Assembly (NCBI RefSeq): GCF_009914755.1 | Contig: NC_060932.1 | DNA length: 64,000 nt | Origin: the human T2T-CHM13v2.0 reference genome, Homo sapiens | Reading direction: 5' to 3' (one strand) | In this document: positions 1-16,197 of the stretch, piece after piece | Numbering within the stretch: position 1 is the stretch's first letter | Layout of the letters: the number at the start of each line of letters is the position of its first letter | Translations under genes and position numbers: made by a program | The notes under the pieces: generated by a model | What the model was told of the DNA's origin: nothing | Database searches by the model: none | What the model saw: the letters and a program-made list of their open reading frames with translations, nothing else

Positions 1-550
1 CATTCCTATTTCCCCACAGCCCTTGGCAATCACTAATCTACTTAGTGTCTCTGTGGAATTCTGATTTTGAATATTTTCTATAAATGGAATCGTGGAATAT
101 GTAATCTTTTGTATCTGGTTTATTTCACTAAGCATAATTTTTTCAAAGTTTATTCTTGTTGTAGTATGTTTCAGTACTTCATTTCTTTTTATGGCTGAAT
201 AATATTTCATAGTATGGTTATATTACATTTTGTTTCTCCATTCATTAAGAGTTAGATATTTGAGTTGTTTCCACTTTTTGGCTATTAGAAATAATGGTTT
301 TATGAACATTCTTATATAAGCTTTTGTGTGGACATATATGTTCAGTTCTCTTGGTTATCTACATAGGAGATGTTCTGCTGGATCATATGGTCACTTTCTG
401 AGTAACTGCCAAATTGTTTTCCATAGCAGCTGGACCATATGACATTCCTAGCAGCAATGTATGAGGGTTTCAATATCTCCACATCCTCACCAACGCTTGT
501 TATTGTTTCTCTTTTTATTATAACCATTTTACTTGGTGTGAAGTGGTAGC
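1..550 (-). mobile_element. Old L1 (L1MB/L1MC-like) 3' region
   Basis: L1M 3' motifs (ggcaatcactaatctac, ttatggctgaataatatt, ctccacatcctcaccaac); ORF-track 342..527 resembles a degenerate ORF2 C-terminus. Confidence 0.7.
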
Positions 551-3240
551 TATGTTCTAATTTTTATATATTGATGTTTATATAATCTACTTTTTCCACC
601 CTTTCACTTTCAACTTGCCTACATTGTTATATTTGAAGTGAGTTTCTTATTGACTCTTTATATTTGGAGTATGTTTCTTTGATCCAGTCTTCCAGTCTTG
701 TCTTTTAATTGATATATTGTGAGAGCATTTATATTAAATGCAATAATTGATATGTTAGACTCTATGTCTGCCATTTTATTTTTTGCTGTTTGCTATCTCT
801 GTTTTTCATTTCTTTTTCTGTCTTCTTGTGGGTTAGTTGAACATTATTTGAACATTATTAGAATTCCATTTTGGCTTATGTGCAGTAATTTTAAGTGTAT
901 CTCATCAAGCTTTTTAATGATTGTTTTAGGTATTATATTTCACATTTCTAACTCATTACAGTTTACTGATATTGTGTTATTCCAGTTCAAGTGAAATATA
1001 GAATCTATACTTGCTCTTATGTTCCTTTACCCTTCCTCATGGAGAACCATATCAGATATTATTTTTGCTTCAACATGAAACATAGTTTAGAAAACTTAAG
1101 AGGAGACAGAAAGTCTGTGTACTCTATTTTTGCTTGCTGTATTCTCCCTTCTCTCCTGATATCCCAAAAATCCTTATTTTATTCTTAACTTTCTGTTTGG
1201 AGATCTTTACCTGTCCTTTTACTGTAGATCTGCTTATGACACATTTTTTTTGTTTGTTTTAGTTTCCCTTCATCTGAGAGTGTTTTGTTTTCTCCTTCAT
1301 TCCTGAAGTATATTTTTGCTGAATATAGAATTTGGGGTACTTTTTTTTAAAGCAATTGAAAAATGTCATGCTATTTCCTCCTGGCCTCTATGGTTTCTAA
1401 TGAAATATCTACTGTCATTTCATTTTTCCCCCTCTATACATAAGGTGTAGTTTTTCTCTTACTCCATTCAGTATTTTTTCTTTTATTTTCAAAAGTTTAT
1501 CCATGATGCGTTATGATTTCTTTGAGTTTACTCTGTTAGGGGCTAGCTCAGTTTCTTAATGTTTAGATTTTGTCTTTTGTCAAATATGGGAAGTTATTAG
1601 CAACTATTTTTTAAATTAATTAATTTTTAACTTTATTTTATTTTATTATATTTTATTTATTTATTTATTTAGAGACGGAATCTCACTGTGTCACCCAGGC
1701 TGGAGTGCCGTGGTGTGATCTCAACTCACTGCAATGTCTGCCCACAGGCTCAAGTGATTCTCCTGCCTCAGCCTCTTGAGTAGCTGGGATGACAGGCACC
1801 CACCACCATGCCTAGCTGATTTTTGTATTGTTATTAGAGACGGGGTTTCACCATGTTGGCCAGGCTGGTCCCAAACTTCTGACCTCAGGTGATCCACCCA
1901 CCTTGGCCTCCCAAAGTGCTGGGATTACAGAGCCACTCTTTTTTGAAGTACATTTTCTGTTTCATCTTTTTATTTTTCTTGTACTGGACTCTGATGACTT
2001 GAAAGGTAGATCTTTTATCTAACTTTCTCATAGGTCCTTAAGACTCTTTTCTCTTTTTTTCCCTGTTTTTTTTTCTATATTTCACATTGGGTAATTTCTG
2101 TTGTTCCCTCTTCCATTTTAATGATTCTTTCCTTAGCCCTCTCCATTCTGGTATGGAACCCATTTATTGAGTTTCTTGGTTTGGTCATTACATTTTTCAG
2201 TACTGAAATTTGTTTGATTTGTTTTTATGTCGTTGTCCATTTTCTTCTCTTTTTTTTCCCTACAAATTCCTATTTCTTTGCCAAAATCTATTTTCATTTG
2301 CTTCAAGCAAAATGTTAATTGGAGCATTTTTATAATGGCTGCTTTAAAATCTTTCTGTGATAGTTTTACCGTCTTTGTCATCTCAGTGACATCTATTATC
2401 TTTTTTCATTCAGTTTAGGCCCTTCTTGGTTTTTGGTACGATGAGTGATTTTTATTTGAAACCTGGATGTTTGGATATTGTTTTCCGAGATTCTGTGTTG
2501 TGTTTAAACCTGTGTTAGCTGACTTCCTCTGAAAATGCTCCAGCAGTGGAAGGGAACATGCCTCCACTTATTACTGCTAGGGGATGTACAAATCCAGGTT
2601 TTCCACTTGGCCTGCATTGCTATTTAAGGCCAGGGGGGATTCTTGTTACTTCTGGCCCGGGGTCAAAATTCTGGCTCTCAGTGAGGCCTCTGTTGATACA
2701 TCCCTGGCTTGGAGTGTTTAGATTGCCTCATTACTGCTCTAAGTGAGGCCTCCCCTGATGTCATGGTGGTGCTGAGGTGGTATGTTATTGCCGCAGGTTG
2801 GTAAAATTTTTGACTCTCCACTAGGTCTCTCTTGACACCACCCCAGCTGTAAGAGGGAGGGGCATAGTCTTACTTCTAGGTTGAGTTAAAAGTCTAGGCC
2901 TTCTCTTTAGCCTAGTCTTATTCTACCCAGGCAGGGATGTTGGGGTTCATGTTAGAGTATGCTGAAGATGGAAGTCTAGGCTTCCCACTTGATCTTTGCT
3001 GTTGTTGGTAGTGGCAGGACCACCATTTTTAGAGTGGTGTTTGGGTGGAGGAGACCAGTTTTTGCCTAAACATTTTCTGTTTTGCTAGGATACCTCTTTC
3101 TGGTCCTTTGGCTAAGGAGAACAGGTTGGGGAACTTTTTTCTGTCTGTACCCATTGGCCTTTCTGGGTTGCTGGCTTCTAGGATATATGAGCAAAACAAA
3201 ACCCGTGATCCTTACTACCATGACATTTGCTGGGTCTACA
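551..3240 (-). mobile_element. Degenerate L1M fragments, interrupted by an Alu
   Basis: T-rich antisense L1-like sequence; 2133..2381 (LSQKDFKAAIIKMLQ) resembles an L1M ORF1 N-terminus. Boundaries approximate. Confidence 0.5.
1620..1935 (-). mobile_element. Alu (AluS-like)
   Basis: (TTTA)n tail, gagacggaatctcactgtgtcacccaggctggagtg ... cccaaagtgctgggattacag. Confidence 0.9.
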
Positions 3241-3244
3241 TGTC

Positions 3245-3840
3245 CCTTCCTTTTTAAGGCTGACTAATATTCTATTGTATGTATATACCACATTTTGCTT
3301 ATTTATTCATTCTTTGGAATTTGGGTTGCTTCCATGTTCTAGCTATTATAAATAGTGAAACTATGAACACAGGTATACAAATATCTTTTTGAAACTCTGT
3401 TTTTAATTTTGGGCACATACTTAGAAGTACAATTGCTGGATCATATGGTAGTTCTATGTTTAATTTCTTGAGGAATCGCGATACTGTTTTCCACTGTACC
3501 ATTTTACATTCCCACTAACAATATACAAGGGTTCCGATTACTCCACATCCTGGATATCATCTGTTATTATTATTATTTTTTTAAATAGTAGCCATCCTAA
3601 TGGGTATGAAGTAGTATCTCTTTGTCGTTTTGATTTGCATTTTCTTAATTAGTAATGCTGAGCATATTTTCATGTGCTTATTATCCATTTGCATATCTTC
3701 TTTGGAGAAATGTCTATTCAAGTCCTTTGTCCATTTTTGAAGTGGGTTTTTTTGTTGTTATTTAGGTCTAGAGATTATCTATGTATTCTGGATACCAGCG
3801 TCTCATCAGATAAGTGATTTGCAGATATTTTCTCAGATTG
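3245..3840 (-). mobile_element. L1MB/L1MA-like ORF2 3' fragment
   Basis: ORF-track 3299..3502 WKTVSRFLKKLNIELPYDPAI...TWKQPK is the L1 ORF2 C-terminus. Confidence 0.85.
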
Positions 3841-4571
3841 TTTCCCTCCATTTTCATAGCACTCTAACTTGCAATTTTCACAATGTTGAATATGTATATA
3901 TTTGTGTAATTTTTTTAATGACTGCTTCTCTCACTAGATTGTGAATTTCATGAGAGAAGAGCCTGAATTGGTCTTATTTACTTGTCTGACTCCAGGCTGA
4001 GTCTGGTATAGAGTAGTTTCATAGTAAATATTCATTGAATGAATGAGAGAGAGAATAAAAGACATATGAATCAAAGTTAGCACCACACATGAATGACCAT
4101 TAGTAAATGATCATGCTTAGGTGCAGACAAAACTTGCATCCTTAAGCTAGGATGAAAATCTAGTGGGCAATTACATTTCAATGTGAGTTTTGGAGGGAAT
4201 ATATATTCAAACCGTAGCAGCAACTGATTGCCCTAAACTTAAGTGAGAAACAGGTTAGAGTTTTGTGCAGTAGTTCTTTATCATGAATTGAAGGGCTCTG
4301 ATTGAAGTAGTAAGATTGGAATCTTGGTTGCACACAGAGTTCTTATAGTAAAAAAATAGCTTGTTGGAGTCTCGATTTCATAGTTAGGTAATTAGCCTTG
4401 TAGGATGACAATTTTGTGTTGTGGCATTAGTGAGAGTGCCTTGTGGCATACAGTGAGTTAAACTAAAGAAAGGAGAATAATCTGTGCATAGTGAGTAATG
4501 TACTCATTTTTATTCCAGTGTGTTCTTTACCAACTCCTTCCAAACAGACGTGCATGTGAGTGCATGTGTGT

Positions 4572-4595
4572 ACACACACACACACACACACACAC
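4572..4595. repeat. (CA)n microsatellite
   Basis: acacacacacacacacacacacac. Confidence 0.95.
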
Positions 4596-4951
4596 GATGT
4601 TTAAAATATAGTTTTGTCTTTATTATGACTTCTTTTATTTCTTTCAGCTAGTCATTTAGCTTCTTTAGCCATGCTTCAAATATTTTTAAAAATCTTTACT
4701 GATTTCTCTTATTGTGTTTATAACAAGGTGTTTTAAAATAGACTCTATGTTTCCTGTGTAGTATTTTTAAATGACCTCATTTGATTTTTGCCCTAATGCT
4801 GACTTTTTTTTTTTTTAAGTTAGTGCCCAAGAGTGATGGGTTTCTCTCTCCTTCTTTCCCTCTTGGGCTGTCAGAATATGGGGTTTACTATAATATGACT
4901 TTTACATAGTAGTCCTTCTTTAGATATTTGTACCAGTGGTTATTACTAAGA

Positions 4952-5429
4952 ACTTAGTTTCATGTATTTTCTTCCCATATGTATTATGAAATTAACTAAT
5001 ATGAGAAGCAGGCATTTTGTTTTTTCTTGTTATTATTTTCATATCAATGCCATGTGTTTTTTTAAGTTCATATATGTGGATAATGCTAAATTATCATCAT
5101 TTAGTTTTATTTTATTATTTTTTATTATTTTAACCAATAATTTAACCAAATAACATTATTATTTTAACCAATAAATTTTAGAGAAAAAAGCACTCTAATA
5201 TTGCATCACTTTGTACTTAGTTTCATGTATTTTCTTTCCATATGTGTTATGAAATTGACTAATATGAGAAGCAGGCATTTTGTTTTTTTTCTCAAGTTAT
5301 TATTTTCATATTTATGCCTTTTTTTTAAGTTTATGTATGTGGATAATACTAAATGATCACCATTGGGTATTATTATTTTAACCAATAAATTTTAGAGAAA
5401 AAAATCACTCTAATATTGCATCACTTTGT
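4952..5429. repeat. Imperfect tandem duplication (about 263 bp + 215 bp)
   Basis: Both copies start acttagtttcatgtattttct and end cactctaatattgcatcactttgt (4952-5214, 5215-5429). Confidence 0.92.
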
Positions 5430-6009
5430 TATCGGTATCACAACAATAATTAGTTATCATTCTTCTCCTGACATAGCTCTGGAGCCTATGGGGGAGATAT
5501 CAGAGTTTTGGAAAGTTTTCCTTGCAATATCAGTTTATAAACAAATTTATAGTTATTCCTTTAAAATTTTATCTCAGCTTTTATCACTACCTGACTTTGC
5601 CTAGTCAATATTTTTTCTACCATATATTCAAAAACATAACTACTTCATGTAATTAATTAGCGTAAGTTTTCTTTGCCTCTAAAAATGTTGAAGGTACCTG
5701 ACTATATTACTACCTGAAAGACTGTTTATTTCATATTCCATTTTGTCATATTTATGGTCTTCGATCCATTGTAGATAATCATGGCTTTTAGAGATAAAAG
5801 CAATCATAGTCATAACCAAATCCAGTCCCTGACTTTTTTCAGGTGAAGAAACTGGGCCACAAAGTTTTAAATGCAACATTATACAGCTTTTTGATGGTAG
5901 AGTTTTTACTAGAGTAAAGGTCTAGGGATTAGTGTATCTTTCAGTAAACTCCCTTATTAATTTTTAATGTATATGAACTGAACTTTTCTAATCCCAGCTT
6001 GTATTGTTT

Positions 6010-6190
6010 ATATTAATAGTAGCAATAATGACAATATAGTATCTGACATTTATTGAGCATTTACATGCCAAATGCACTATTAACCACTGCCCATTTATTA
6101 TTCTACTCAGTGCTCATGATTACTGTGTGAAGTAGCTAGTGATTTATGCCTGTTTTACAGATGAGAAAACTTAGCGTAGTTTAATAAATT
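6010..6190 (-). mobile_element. MIR
   Basis: acatttattgagcatttacatgcca ... gttttacagatgagaaaac. Confidence 0.65.
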
Positions 6191-6759
6191 TCAGGGCTCA
6201 TGATGTGTTTAATTTCTTTGCATATCCTGTAGTATTTAACCTCAGAAATTATGTTTTTCTTCCTCTTCTATCATGGATGAAATCTTAGGAGAAAATTCGT
6301 TTATAAGCTACTTTTTGCTTAAGAAACATATAGCAAGACTTCTAAAAAAATTTAAAAAACAAAGAGAAAATGAAAATTAGTGTTGGAAGTAGGCACTGAT
6401 GCTTTGTGTGGGTTCCCCTAATGTTCTTTGGCAACCCCACTAACCAGTGGATTTGGATTTTGATTACCAGAAGGGAGTGTGGGCAAGTAGGGGGGAATTG
6501 GAAGTGATATTCCACTTCAGTAAGCTCATAATGTCAAAGCACTAGTGAAAAGATAGACCATTTCAAAAATCTGTTTCACTCCAGATTTAACAAAGAAGGT
6601 TTTTTGTGTTGGCCTTGATTGGGAAGGGAGAGGGTGCTTTCCTGGAGAATTTGTAACCACAACTCTGTCCTCATTCAGATTTTAATTTCTTGCCTGACCT
6701 GGGAACTACTGAGCTAATAAGTTAAAATGTGATCCTTAGTGGGCTAATTACATCCCTGA

Positions 6760-7480
6760 GTGTCTAGTAGTAAGTACAAGTATTTGCTGTGGCACATACC
6801 CTTACCTCTGGCAATGTATGTGAAAAAGAAAGCCTTATGAAATGTAAACTCATAATCTAAAATTACAAAGAATTTGAGGAAATAATTCAGCAAGAGTAAG
6901 AGTGAGCAGAAACCGCCAGTGGCCAAATTCAACTTCTGCAATGTCAGATAATATATCAGAAACAGTATAAAAGACTTTTAAAATAATTGAAGAAGTAAAA
7001 GATGGAATTCAAATTACAAGAGAGACACAAGATACTATCATAAGGACTACAGAATTTTTATAATGAAAGAATTTTTTGGAGGTTGGAAGTCCTTAATGGA
7101 TTAAATGGATTAAACAGCAGATTAGACACAGCCAAAGACGCTATAAGTGAACTGGAAGGTGGTTATAAAGAAGTTTCCCAGAATGCAACATTGAAAATAG
7201 AGATGATATGTGAAATACAGTCAACAGATCTGGATGTTAGAATGAAAAGATTCTTTATTTCTATCAACTCTCAGGAGGAGAAAGTGGGAGAGAAGCAATA
7301 TTTATTGACTTTTTTTCCCCTGACAAAATAGATGTGAGATGTGAATCTTCAGACCTGAGAATCCTAAATTCCAAGTAGGAAAAACAAACCTAAACCTCTA
7401 AGTAGACACATTGTGGTGAAACTCTGGTGTGCTAAAGATAAGCATGAACCCTTAAAAGCAACCAGAGGGAAAATAAATAA
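6760..7480 (+). mobile_element. Old L1ME-like ORF1 remnant
   Basis: ORF-track 7083..7331 LNGLNSRLDTAKDAISELE resembles the L1 ORF1 coiled coil. Confidence 0.6.
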
Positions 7481-7621
7481 ATGGCATGATCTGCCAACAT
7501 ATATGTTAATAATTCAGTTTCCTGCAGTTGGTAATGAAGATGTCAAGGATAGAGAAAATTTATTTCTTCTTGAACATATATTATATTTGAGGCATTGTAT
7601 TAACCTATTTGCAATAGGTTA

Positions 7622-7725
7622 ATTGGCTAGAAAGGGGAGGATCACTAGATTGGATTGAATAGGATCACTAGATCACTTCTTTGAAGTCCACATACAATCT
7701 AGTGATCCTCCCCTTTCTAGCCAAT
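7622..7725. repeat. Perfect 31-bp inverted repeat with 42-nt spacer
   Basis: ATTGGCTAGAAAGGGGAGGATCACTAGATTG (7622-7652) and CAATCTAGTGATCCTCCCCTTTCTAGCCAAT (7695-7725). Confidence 0.97.
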
Positions 7726-7964
7726 GTGAGTTATTGAATCTTCTTTTGAGACTATATCTAGAAGTTACAAGTTCCTCAGTATTCTGAAGAACCAAACTCT
7801 GTCCCCTTCCAAATAAAAATACTTAATTTTCTATTTCTAGTCTCTTGTACCCAGAAATGTTCTTATTCCCACATTTGGAATTATGACATAGTAGATCAAT
7901 CAAAGTTAAGTAAATAAGCTTGTAATGGAACAAGTTACTTAAGTTTTTCTTTTTTTAAAAAAAA

Positions 7965-8745
7965 ACTTAATTTTTTTTAAGAGCAGTTTTAGGTTCACAG
8001 TACAATTGAGAAGAAGATACAGAGATTTCCCTTATACCCCCACCCCAAAACATGTATAGTCTCTCCCCTATTATCAATATCAATATCCCCTATCAGAGTG
8101 ATACATTTGTTACCTTCATGAACCTACACTGATGTGTCACAATTACTCAAGTCCATAGCCTACTTTGGGTTTTACTCTTAGTGTTGTACATTCTATGGAT
8201 TTGGGAAAATGTACATGTTATGTATCCATCCTTATCATATCATATAGAATGTTTCACAGCCCTAAAATTTCTCTGTGTTCTACCTATTTATCCTATCCCC
8301 CACCAGCCAAACCCTAGCAACCACTGGTCTTTTTACTGTTTCTGTAGTTTTGCCTTTTCAAGATTGTAGCCTTTTCACATTCTCTTAGTAATGTGCGTTA
8401 TCATGGCTTGATAGCTCATTTCTTTTTAGCAATAATATTTCTTGTCTGGATTTACCATAATTTATTCATTCACCTACTAAGGGACATCTTGGTTGCTTTC
8501 GTGTTTTGGCAACTACCAGTAAAGCTGCTATAAATATCTGTTTGCAGGTTTTTGTGTGGACTTGTCTCACCTCCTTTGGGTAGATACCAAAGAGTGTGAA
8601 TACTGAATGGTATGATAAATGTATGTTTAGTTTTGTATGAAACTATCAAACTGTCTTGCAGAGTGACTGTAGCCATTTTGCATTCCCACCAACAGTGAAT
8701 GAGGTTCTGTTTCTCCACATCCTCACCAGCATTTGGCATTGTCAT
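7965..8745 (-). mobile_element. L1MC-like 3' end
   Basis: ttttaagagcagttttaggttcacag...; ORF-track 8470..8745 NAGEDVEKQNLIHCWWECK resembles L1 ORF2. Confidence 0.8.
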
Positions 8746-9779
8746 TGAGGTTAATTCTTATTAGTAATGCAAATAAGTTTTCTAAGAATGTATGTGGTTA
8801 GTGTGACAAAGACATGTAGGAGAGATTGTGATTCATACAATTTTAGAGTTAGAAGCACATTTTATGTATTTATTTCATATTAAGAATTATGTCATAAGCA
8901 AGGTGGCAGAATGTATTGCTTTAAATTGAGGCATTTAAAAATCATTCTGTCACTGTGAAGCTGAACTTTTACTTGTCAGATGTTTATTTGCCATTGCTGT
9001 TTAAAAAAAAGAATTACATGTTTGTCAGTAAATGCTTGTTGACTCCTTTTGCTGGTGATTACAGCAATATGGACAGGGATTTCTGAGATGCAAGTGGGGG
9101 TAGAACGATGAAAATTAAGCTCTTACTGTACAGACTTTGTGTTTTGTTCCTTGTGAATATTTAAAGTTCAGTTCTGTCATTTAATGATCACTGTGAGTTG
9201 TACTTTTGAGATTACTTTTTGTTTCATGTTGTTTCAGTGGTTATATTTTATGTTCTGCTGAAAATAGTAAGTGCTTTTTACCTGGATATTTTGACTTAAC
9301 CCTAGAATGGGTCACTACATCTGTTTTTTGCTGTTAAAATCATTATAATCAACAACAATAATAAAAGTACCTCTACCTTTTTAAGTGTGCTGTCTCTTAA
9401 AGTTTCTCTTTTCAGAGGGAGATTTTTACAGTCTTTGTCACCTATTGAATCTTAGAACTAACTAGCTTTCTTGGTACACCTGTCTTATTAGTATTTCCTA
9501 GCGAGCCACTTTTATTTAGGTTTTTCACTTTCTTCTTATGTGATAAATCTTCCCCTCATTTCACTTTCTCCCTTTATTCTTCCCCTGAAAGGATAATACT
9601 TACTTCTTACTATATAGTATGAAAGATTTGGAAGCTCTTGACTATCTCTTTAATGCATCTTTTAAAATAATTTACCTCTTTTCTCTTTCAGAAACCTTTA
9701 TTATAGTTACACTCTCCTGTGATTTTGTTATTTCCCAGTATCAATATGGCTCCTGGCTGTTTGAATGTTTTGGATGGTC

Positions 9780-9814
<35 letters not shown>

Positions 9815-10082
9815 CAAACAGGGTCTGGCTTTGTTGCTCAGGCAAGAGGGTAGTGGTATGACCATGACGCACTGAAGCCTCAAGCAATCCTCCCACCTCA
9901 GCCTCCCAAGTAGCTGGGACCACAGGTGTGTGTCACCATGCCTGGCTAATTTTTTATTTTTTTTTGTAGAGATGGGGTCCCATCATGTAGCCCAGACTTG
10001 TCTCAAACTCCTGAGCTCAAGTGATCATCCTGCCTTGGCCCCCCAAAGTGCTGGGATTATAGGCATGAGCTTCATCTGGCCA
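9780..10082 (-). mobile_element. AluJ-like element with (GTT)n-derived tail
   Basis: (GTT)~11 followed by caagcaatcctcccacctcagcctcccaagtagctgggacc ... caaagtgctgggattataggcatgagc. Confidence 0.85.
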
Positions 10083-10367
10083 ATCTTTTGTTTTATTTTA
10101 TTAAATTATAGCTTTGCAAGGCTTGTAACAAAAAGAGCAGTCTTCTGGCACCCTGTCATCCTCACTGCTTTTTAGAGGCAATCATTTTTCAACTTATTCT
10201 TAGATATGTACCTCTAAATTTCTATATAGTAGTCTTTGTTGCAGTTTTCTTATTTTTGATGTTTTTCCATAGAGAAAGTCAGTGTTGGCCCTGAAAGCTA
10301 AATCATTCTCTGTGTTAGGCAGGAGTATGTAGATATTATCTGCATAGTTACTATTGAATATGAGGAT

Positions 10368-10866
10368 ATATTAGTTTTCTATTGCTGCTCTAACAAATTA
10401 CCATAAACTTAGTCCCTTGAAGCAACACACATTTATTTTCTTGCAATTACGTAGTTTAGAAGACTGAAATGGGTCTCAGACTAAAATCAAGGTGTCAGTT
10501 GGGCTCCTTTTTACAGGCTCTAAGATAAAACCCCTTTCCCTGCTTTTTCTAGCTTTTAGAAATTTCCTGAATTCCTTGGCCTGTGACCCCCTTCCCCCAT
10601 CTCTAAAGCCAGCAATGTTACATTTCCGTGAGTGTGCATCTGTCATCACATCTCTTTCTCTGACTCTTTTTTGCCTTCTCCTACTACTTTTAAGGATTCT
10701 TCTGATTACGTTGGGTTCACCTGAATAATCTAGGATCATCTCCCTATTTCAAGGTCAGCTGATTAGGAATCTGAATTTTCCTTTCTGTTGTAATATGACA
10801 TGTTCACAGGTCCTGAGGTTTAGCATATGAACATCTTTGGGGGGGACCATTATTCTGTCTGTCATA
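10368..10866 (-). mobile_element. MLT1C/D-like solo LTR (MaLR)
   Basis: tattagttttctattgctgctctaacaaattacca ... ggggaccattattctgtctgtcata. Confidence 0.75.
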
Positions 10867-13232
10867 GAGGATCTAGTTTTTAGGGCCAATACTCATAGCC
10901 TCTGTCTTTTATTCCTTTTTCCTAAATCTTTGAATATAATTATGTCACAGTTTTTGCTTAAATCTATACTCAGTATGAACGTATTATAAACATGTATGTA
11001 TGAGTTAGAATATGCTACCAATTGCATTTATTTTTCTTATAAAACTTGTATTCTTGGAGTTAATAACTGTCTTGGAGTTAATAACTGTCTTTTTTTTTGT
11101 TATTGCTTGATTAGTGTTCTATGTACTTATTTTTAATTAATTCCCTCAAACTCTGACATAAACATATCTTCTCTCAATTCCTTCAGGTGTGTGAGATAAT
11201 TACTTTTAATTTTTGGAGTCTTTTTTTTTTTAATGCTTTTTCCTCCTGTTTTTCTGTTTGTTCCCTAGGCCTACTGTAGAGATGTCTTGAAATTTCCTTT
11301 TATCATTGTCCTGGGATTTCCTTTTCTCCGGTTGGATCCCCTGTTTCTTAGACCACACATGTTACTCTTTCTTGATTTACTCTCTTTTTTAGGTGGAGCA
11401 AAATCCTCTAGTTACCTTCCTAGTGTAGGAAGTAAACTTTTTTCAGGTCTGACATGTCTGAATGAATCTTTATTTTGTCTTTATATGTAATTGATTGGAC
11501 TGTATATAGATTTTTAGGGTGGGAGTGATTTTCCTACAGAAATCTGAAAGCATCACATTATTGTCTTCTTGCTTTTGGCATTTCTGTTGAGAAGTTTGAT
11601 GCCATTCTAATTGTTTAACCTTTGTTTGTCACCTGTTTTTGTTTTTATATTTGTCTGTCTGTCTTATATCAGAAGTTTTTAGGAGCGTCTCTTTAGCCTT
11701 GATGTTCAGGTGGTATGAGTTTATGTGTGTGTTTTTTTCATTTGTTAATACTGGATACATAGTAAACACTTTTAATTTGCAACTCCTTTTCTACAGTTTT
11801 GGAAATGCTCTTGAACTATGTTTTTGATTATTTTCCCCATTTTCTTTTAATAGTTCCTTCTAGACCTTTTGGTTTTTAGATATTGGATTGCTTATGTTGA
11901 TCTTTTCATTTTTCTTCCATTTTCATTCTCTTTGGATTTTTTGGTTTTAATTTATGGGAGATTTTCTCAACTTTATTTTCCAATCTATTTATTAATTTAA
12001 AGAGAACTAGCATCATGTTTTTAATTTCTATGTGCTTGTTTTTGTTGTTTGAATATTTTAAATAAATGTTCATTTCTTATTGCAGTATCTTCTGTACTCT
12101 TTGAGGATAGAAATCATTATTATTATTATTATTTGAAGTTTTCTTCTGCTCCTGGCTTTGTCTGTTTACCCCATGTTCCTTTTATTATGTTTTAAAATAA
12201 TATCTGCCTGTCACATTTGTGATTTCCATCTAATATTTAACAATCCTTCATATTGCAGAATGAAGTACAAAATAACTGAAACCTCTGTGTGAGGTTGGAA
12301 CTTGTTGATTGTAGGGGAATTGGACACAATTCATTTTTGGTTTGAGGATAATCGATTATCAGTGTCATGTTTCCTTTTTCTTGAGCTTGCTCGTTTCAGA
12401 GAGAAAGCCGTCCATTTCCTTCTTGAGGTTTCTAAGCCTGGTACTTAGTAAAGGAAGGGTAGATCTCATTATCCAGTATGTGTATGCCATATAGATTCTA
12501 AGATAATTCCCCCCTTTTAGCATATGGTTGTATCTCATATTCCTTAGTTGAGAGTCCTCCTGGTTTAACCTCTCCAAAGTAAACCCTTTAGTCTTCTGCC
12601 AGGTGAGTGTCAGGTAGTTACTGGGCTGCGTGGATTAAAGGAGAGGATCCTACATGGATTAAGAAAAACGATCTGTAGTCACTAGATAAAATTTTAGTCA
12701 TGCCTCATCTTTTTAGCCTCATCTGCATCCCTGCCTTCAGAGCTTCCTGGCCTCTTTTTAATTCTTATATTTCTGGGGCTTATTGCAGGATCTATTTGCT
12801 TATTAGCTTAATTACCCACAGGCACTTTTCTCTGTTCTACTAAGGCTACTCATTGCTACTTGTTCATCAGATATCCATCTTTCAGAATTTAGATGATAGC
12901 TCTTGCTTGTTTGAGAGCGGCCTATTTGGCTCTTGTCTTTTTATTTTCGTTTCTTTGTTAGTTTAGCGCCTTAAAATAATTTCTTAATAGTCTTTTGGTG
13001 GACTTCAGTGGGGGAACAGAAGTAATCATATGGTTTGACTCCTTAATCTTTTACTTCCACAGAGATATACAGATCATTCTCATTAGTTCATCATTTAATA
13101 TGTACATCATAACTACAGAAGTGATCATAAGCTGACTACTGAACACTAGAAAGTTGACACTGAGGGAGAGGTCTCAGTGAGTCTTAAAGAATTATAGCGG
13201 GCAAGAAGGTTGGTGGAAAAAGAATTAGGGTT

Positions 13233-13465
<233 letters not shown>

Positions 13466-13515
13466 CTAAGATTATGTGTTAGGAGTTGATATTTTTCAGA
13501 AAAGTACTAGGAGGA

Positions 13516-16197
<2,682 letters not shown>

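Noticed and set aside
11052-11091. 18-bp tandem duplication TCTTGGAGTTAATAACTG x2 (also a 17-bp repeat near 50908-50946)
   Set aside because: Ordinary slippage micro-duplications with only two copies and no spacer array, so not CRISPR-like.
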